A stretch of DNA of 64,000 bases. Origin: Moniliella sp. 'wahieum'. Its lineage: Eukaryota. How positions within the stretch are numbered: position 1 is the first letter of the stretch; each line of letters begins with the position of its first letter. This document shows, piece after piece, positions 61,401 to 64,000 of the stretch. The position numbers and the translations under genes are program-made. The notes below the pieces were generated by a model that saw nothing but the letters and a program-made list of their open reading frames with translations, ran no database searches and was not told the DNA's origin. The DNA lies in NCBI GenBank assembly GCA_003971905.1, contig RSEE01000062.1:124001-188000 (forward strand). The letters run 5' to 3'.

Positions 61401-62951
61401 ACAAAGGGAAAGAGCAAGAGGGGGGTGGTACGAAAGGAAATAAGAAATAAGAAATCAAAGGTCAGATAACGGAGTGCCTGGTCAGCTAGCTGGGGTGGAA
61501 AGAGGGGTGAGGTAGGAGGTAGGGGGAGGGAGGCGAAGGCTGAAGGCTCAAGCGGGCACACGTCCAAGCACAAGCACAGCACAAGCACAAGCACGAGCAC
61601 GAGCACGAGCGCAACTGCCGGCCGGCCCGCCTGCCGGAACAAGAAACGTACCCGTTGTCCTCGATACGTGTTTGTCAAGCTGCGATCGCGGCTCATCATC
61701 ATGTCGATCCAGTGTCATGCTTGATCCGGGCGTTCTGGAAAACGAACGGACGAACAAACGAAAGAAAAGATAAATGGACCAAAGGGAAAACGACAAAAGG
61801 AAAAGGACAGAAGCCAGACATAGCAAGAGAAACGAAAGCAGCATAGGAGGGACAAAACGAGTTAACATGACCGGTCCCGAACCCATCGCATAGGCTTTCT
61901 TTGTTTCTTTGTTTCTTTGCTTTTCTCTCCTCTCCCTTTTTGGGTGGAGGGGGGAGGGGACGTACCTTGCCCTCGTTGGCAAAACGGGATCCTGGTACTG
62001 CGTTGCCCCCAGAGACCATAGAAGCCAAGAATGATGCCACAGGGTAACACGCGCGTCCCAGGGAACCGGCATGGTGCGGACAGCAAACCGGAGGCTGGGT
62101 CGTGGCGGGTCGACACGTTCGTCCACCCGACCACCCCCGACTTGCCTGCCTCGACGGGCGACAGCGACCAGTAACTAATAAAGCGGTCCGTCGTGGTGCG
62201 TTGGTACATGATCGATGATCGATGATCATCGATCGGGCAGCCAGGATCGAGATTACTAACGCCGCGCAATCGGTTGTACGCGCTGAACCTTCAGTTGAAG
62301 CGTGAAATATTGAACTTCAACTCTGTTTCGATTTTCATTCTGCTGCAAGTGGGACCGGATCTCCTCAGCCAATTCCCCTGCTTCCCTCAACGGCGTTGGC
62401 GCTACCAAGCAACACACGCCGCATCAACGGGTCGGTTTAGGCCTTGGGAGCAGGGGTTCTTTGTCCCAGCCATAAGAGCTTAAGCTCTTTCAATGATATG
62501 GTTAGCGACATAGAGATTTACTACTTGACATTTGCAACGTGCACAACTTGAGAAGCTTGTAGCTCAAAGGGATTCAATCAACTGGGGTTATATTTCTTGG
62601 GAGATCGAATGATTGGCCATTCGATTAGCCCAGCATCATGAATCATGATGCGATTGGGATCATGGAAACGAACTCCGTTCCGAAAGGAACCTCCCTTTAT
62701 TTCGTCCACCCTGAAAGGACCATGAGGGTTGGCAGCCAGCAGAACAAGAAGAAGATGTATGTTTTGTGAAACAGAAACAGAAAACAGGGGCTGAGGGTGG
62801 GTGGAGGGAAGAGTAAGAAAGAGAAGAGTGCCAGCGAGCACCCCATGGTCGTTAAGCTAGCTAGCTCATTGCTCCGGGTAGTAAAGCAAAAAAGAACCAC
62901 GTATACCCCAGGCATCATATGTGATGCATCACAGGTATTCCGCCTCGGCAG

Positions 62952-64000
62952 TCAGCTCGCTGAGTTTGGTATCGGTCCGCATGTGCCCGTACTCGCTCTC
63001 TGGCGGAGCATACGAGTCGGGAGGGAGACGGGTCGAGCGGATGGAGCAGGAGAAGTGGACAAGTACTGCGACAGTTGCTTGGCCTGAGCTTCGTTCTCGA
63101 ACGCTTCAGGGGCGTAGTGGATCGGGATACCAGCACCCGGCGGGGCCGAAAAGACCTTTTTAGTTACCTTGAGCATTTTTTGTCCTAGCCCTTTAGGTCC
63201 GTCGGATCGACTGCCAATCGTCGACGCATAGTCCGGTGGCAACCCGCGCTCACGAAGGTTCTTCCGATCGTCACGACGTTGTTGTTGCAGGTACAAAGGC
63301 ACATGCGATAAACGCGGACCTTGGCTCGCCGCCTCACCAAAGTACCACACGAACCGTGACACGTCCTTCGACCACACCCCATCTTCCCGTCGCATCGTCA
63401 CGCTCACCATCACTGACGAGCACACAACATCTGGCGCCTCCGCGTTGGCCAGGTCCACCACAACGGGTACAGTCACCTTGGCCAACATCTGCTCCGGCAC
63501 GTACTTGTACCGCGTGTCAGCGGTAAACGTCTCGGCAGGCACACCCGTACGCTGGTTCATGTGCGCAGGGTTGATGATCACTTGCATGTCATTGTCCATC
63601 ACGATATGCGCACACTCGCGCCGCAGCTCCAGCTGCTCCCAAGGATCGACAAGGTACCCAAACCACAAACCACGCCACATCGCAACAGACCACAGACGCG
63701 CAACGGTCAGCATTCCTCCGTCCGTAGCACACACCAATAAAGCAAAAGAAAATAAAAAGGGGAAAAAAAGAAAAACCCTGCAAAACAACCAATGTACAGA
63801 CACCCCCCGTCGCCACCTCGGTCGCGCGCCGGGGGAAAGTCTATACTATACCCACAACACCAACCCCAACCCCAAGGGGAAGCAGCGACCAAGTGGCAAA
63901 CGTACCTCGAACGCGACACGGTCGCCCGTAGAGTTCTTGAGCATGCGGCAGCGGCAGGGACTGTTGGTGGTGGACCACGCTGTCGCTTCCCCTCCCTGGG
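62952..64000 (-). CDS. Hypothetical protein, 5'-truncated by window edge; intron ~63660-63905
   Basis: Long open frame YLVDPWEQLELRRECAHIVMDND...GPIPNSAS*; upstream exon ending ELYGRPCRVR at a GTACGT donor; acceptor AG not clearly visible. Confidence 0.6.

Overview
GC-rich eukaryotic DNA from a fungus. Gene content, short GT-AG introns with CTAAC/CTGAC branch points and an intron-containing tRNA point to a basidiomycete, possibly Ustilaginomycotina (inference). The sequence looks like an unpolished long-read assembly: most genes carry single-base indels, so gene models were pieced together across frames and some ends are approximate. About 19 unrelated genes are present: asparaginase-ankyrin, coatomer delta, RPL20, GH128, GWT1, an orphan ORF, glutaredoxin, an SmgGDS-like ARM protein, an A1 aspartic protease, a PHAF1/UPF0183 protein, an ECM4-like GST, a disordered protein ending in a degenerate proline-iminopeptidase domain, a secreted GPI-type protein, a Stealth phosphotransferase, an Msn2-like C2H2 factor, a TPR protein, an Ady2-type transporter, an Nrc-2/Fpk1 kinase and a truncated unknown gene, plus tRNA-Asp(GTC). 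The most striking signal is non-coding: almost every intergenic region carries 7-bp-periodic chains of T-N-A triplets alternating with a variable but self-complementary 4-mer (TNA-[4-bp palindrome]-TNA), using at least 13 of the 16 possible palindromic tetramers, sometimes mixed in phase in one chain. Other candidates are a degenerate ~80-bp tandem array (26.6-27.1 kb), a probable pseudo-peptidase and an atypical Stealth gene.
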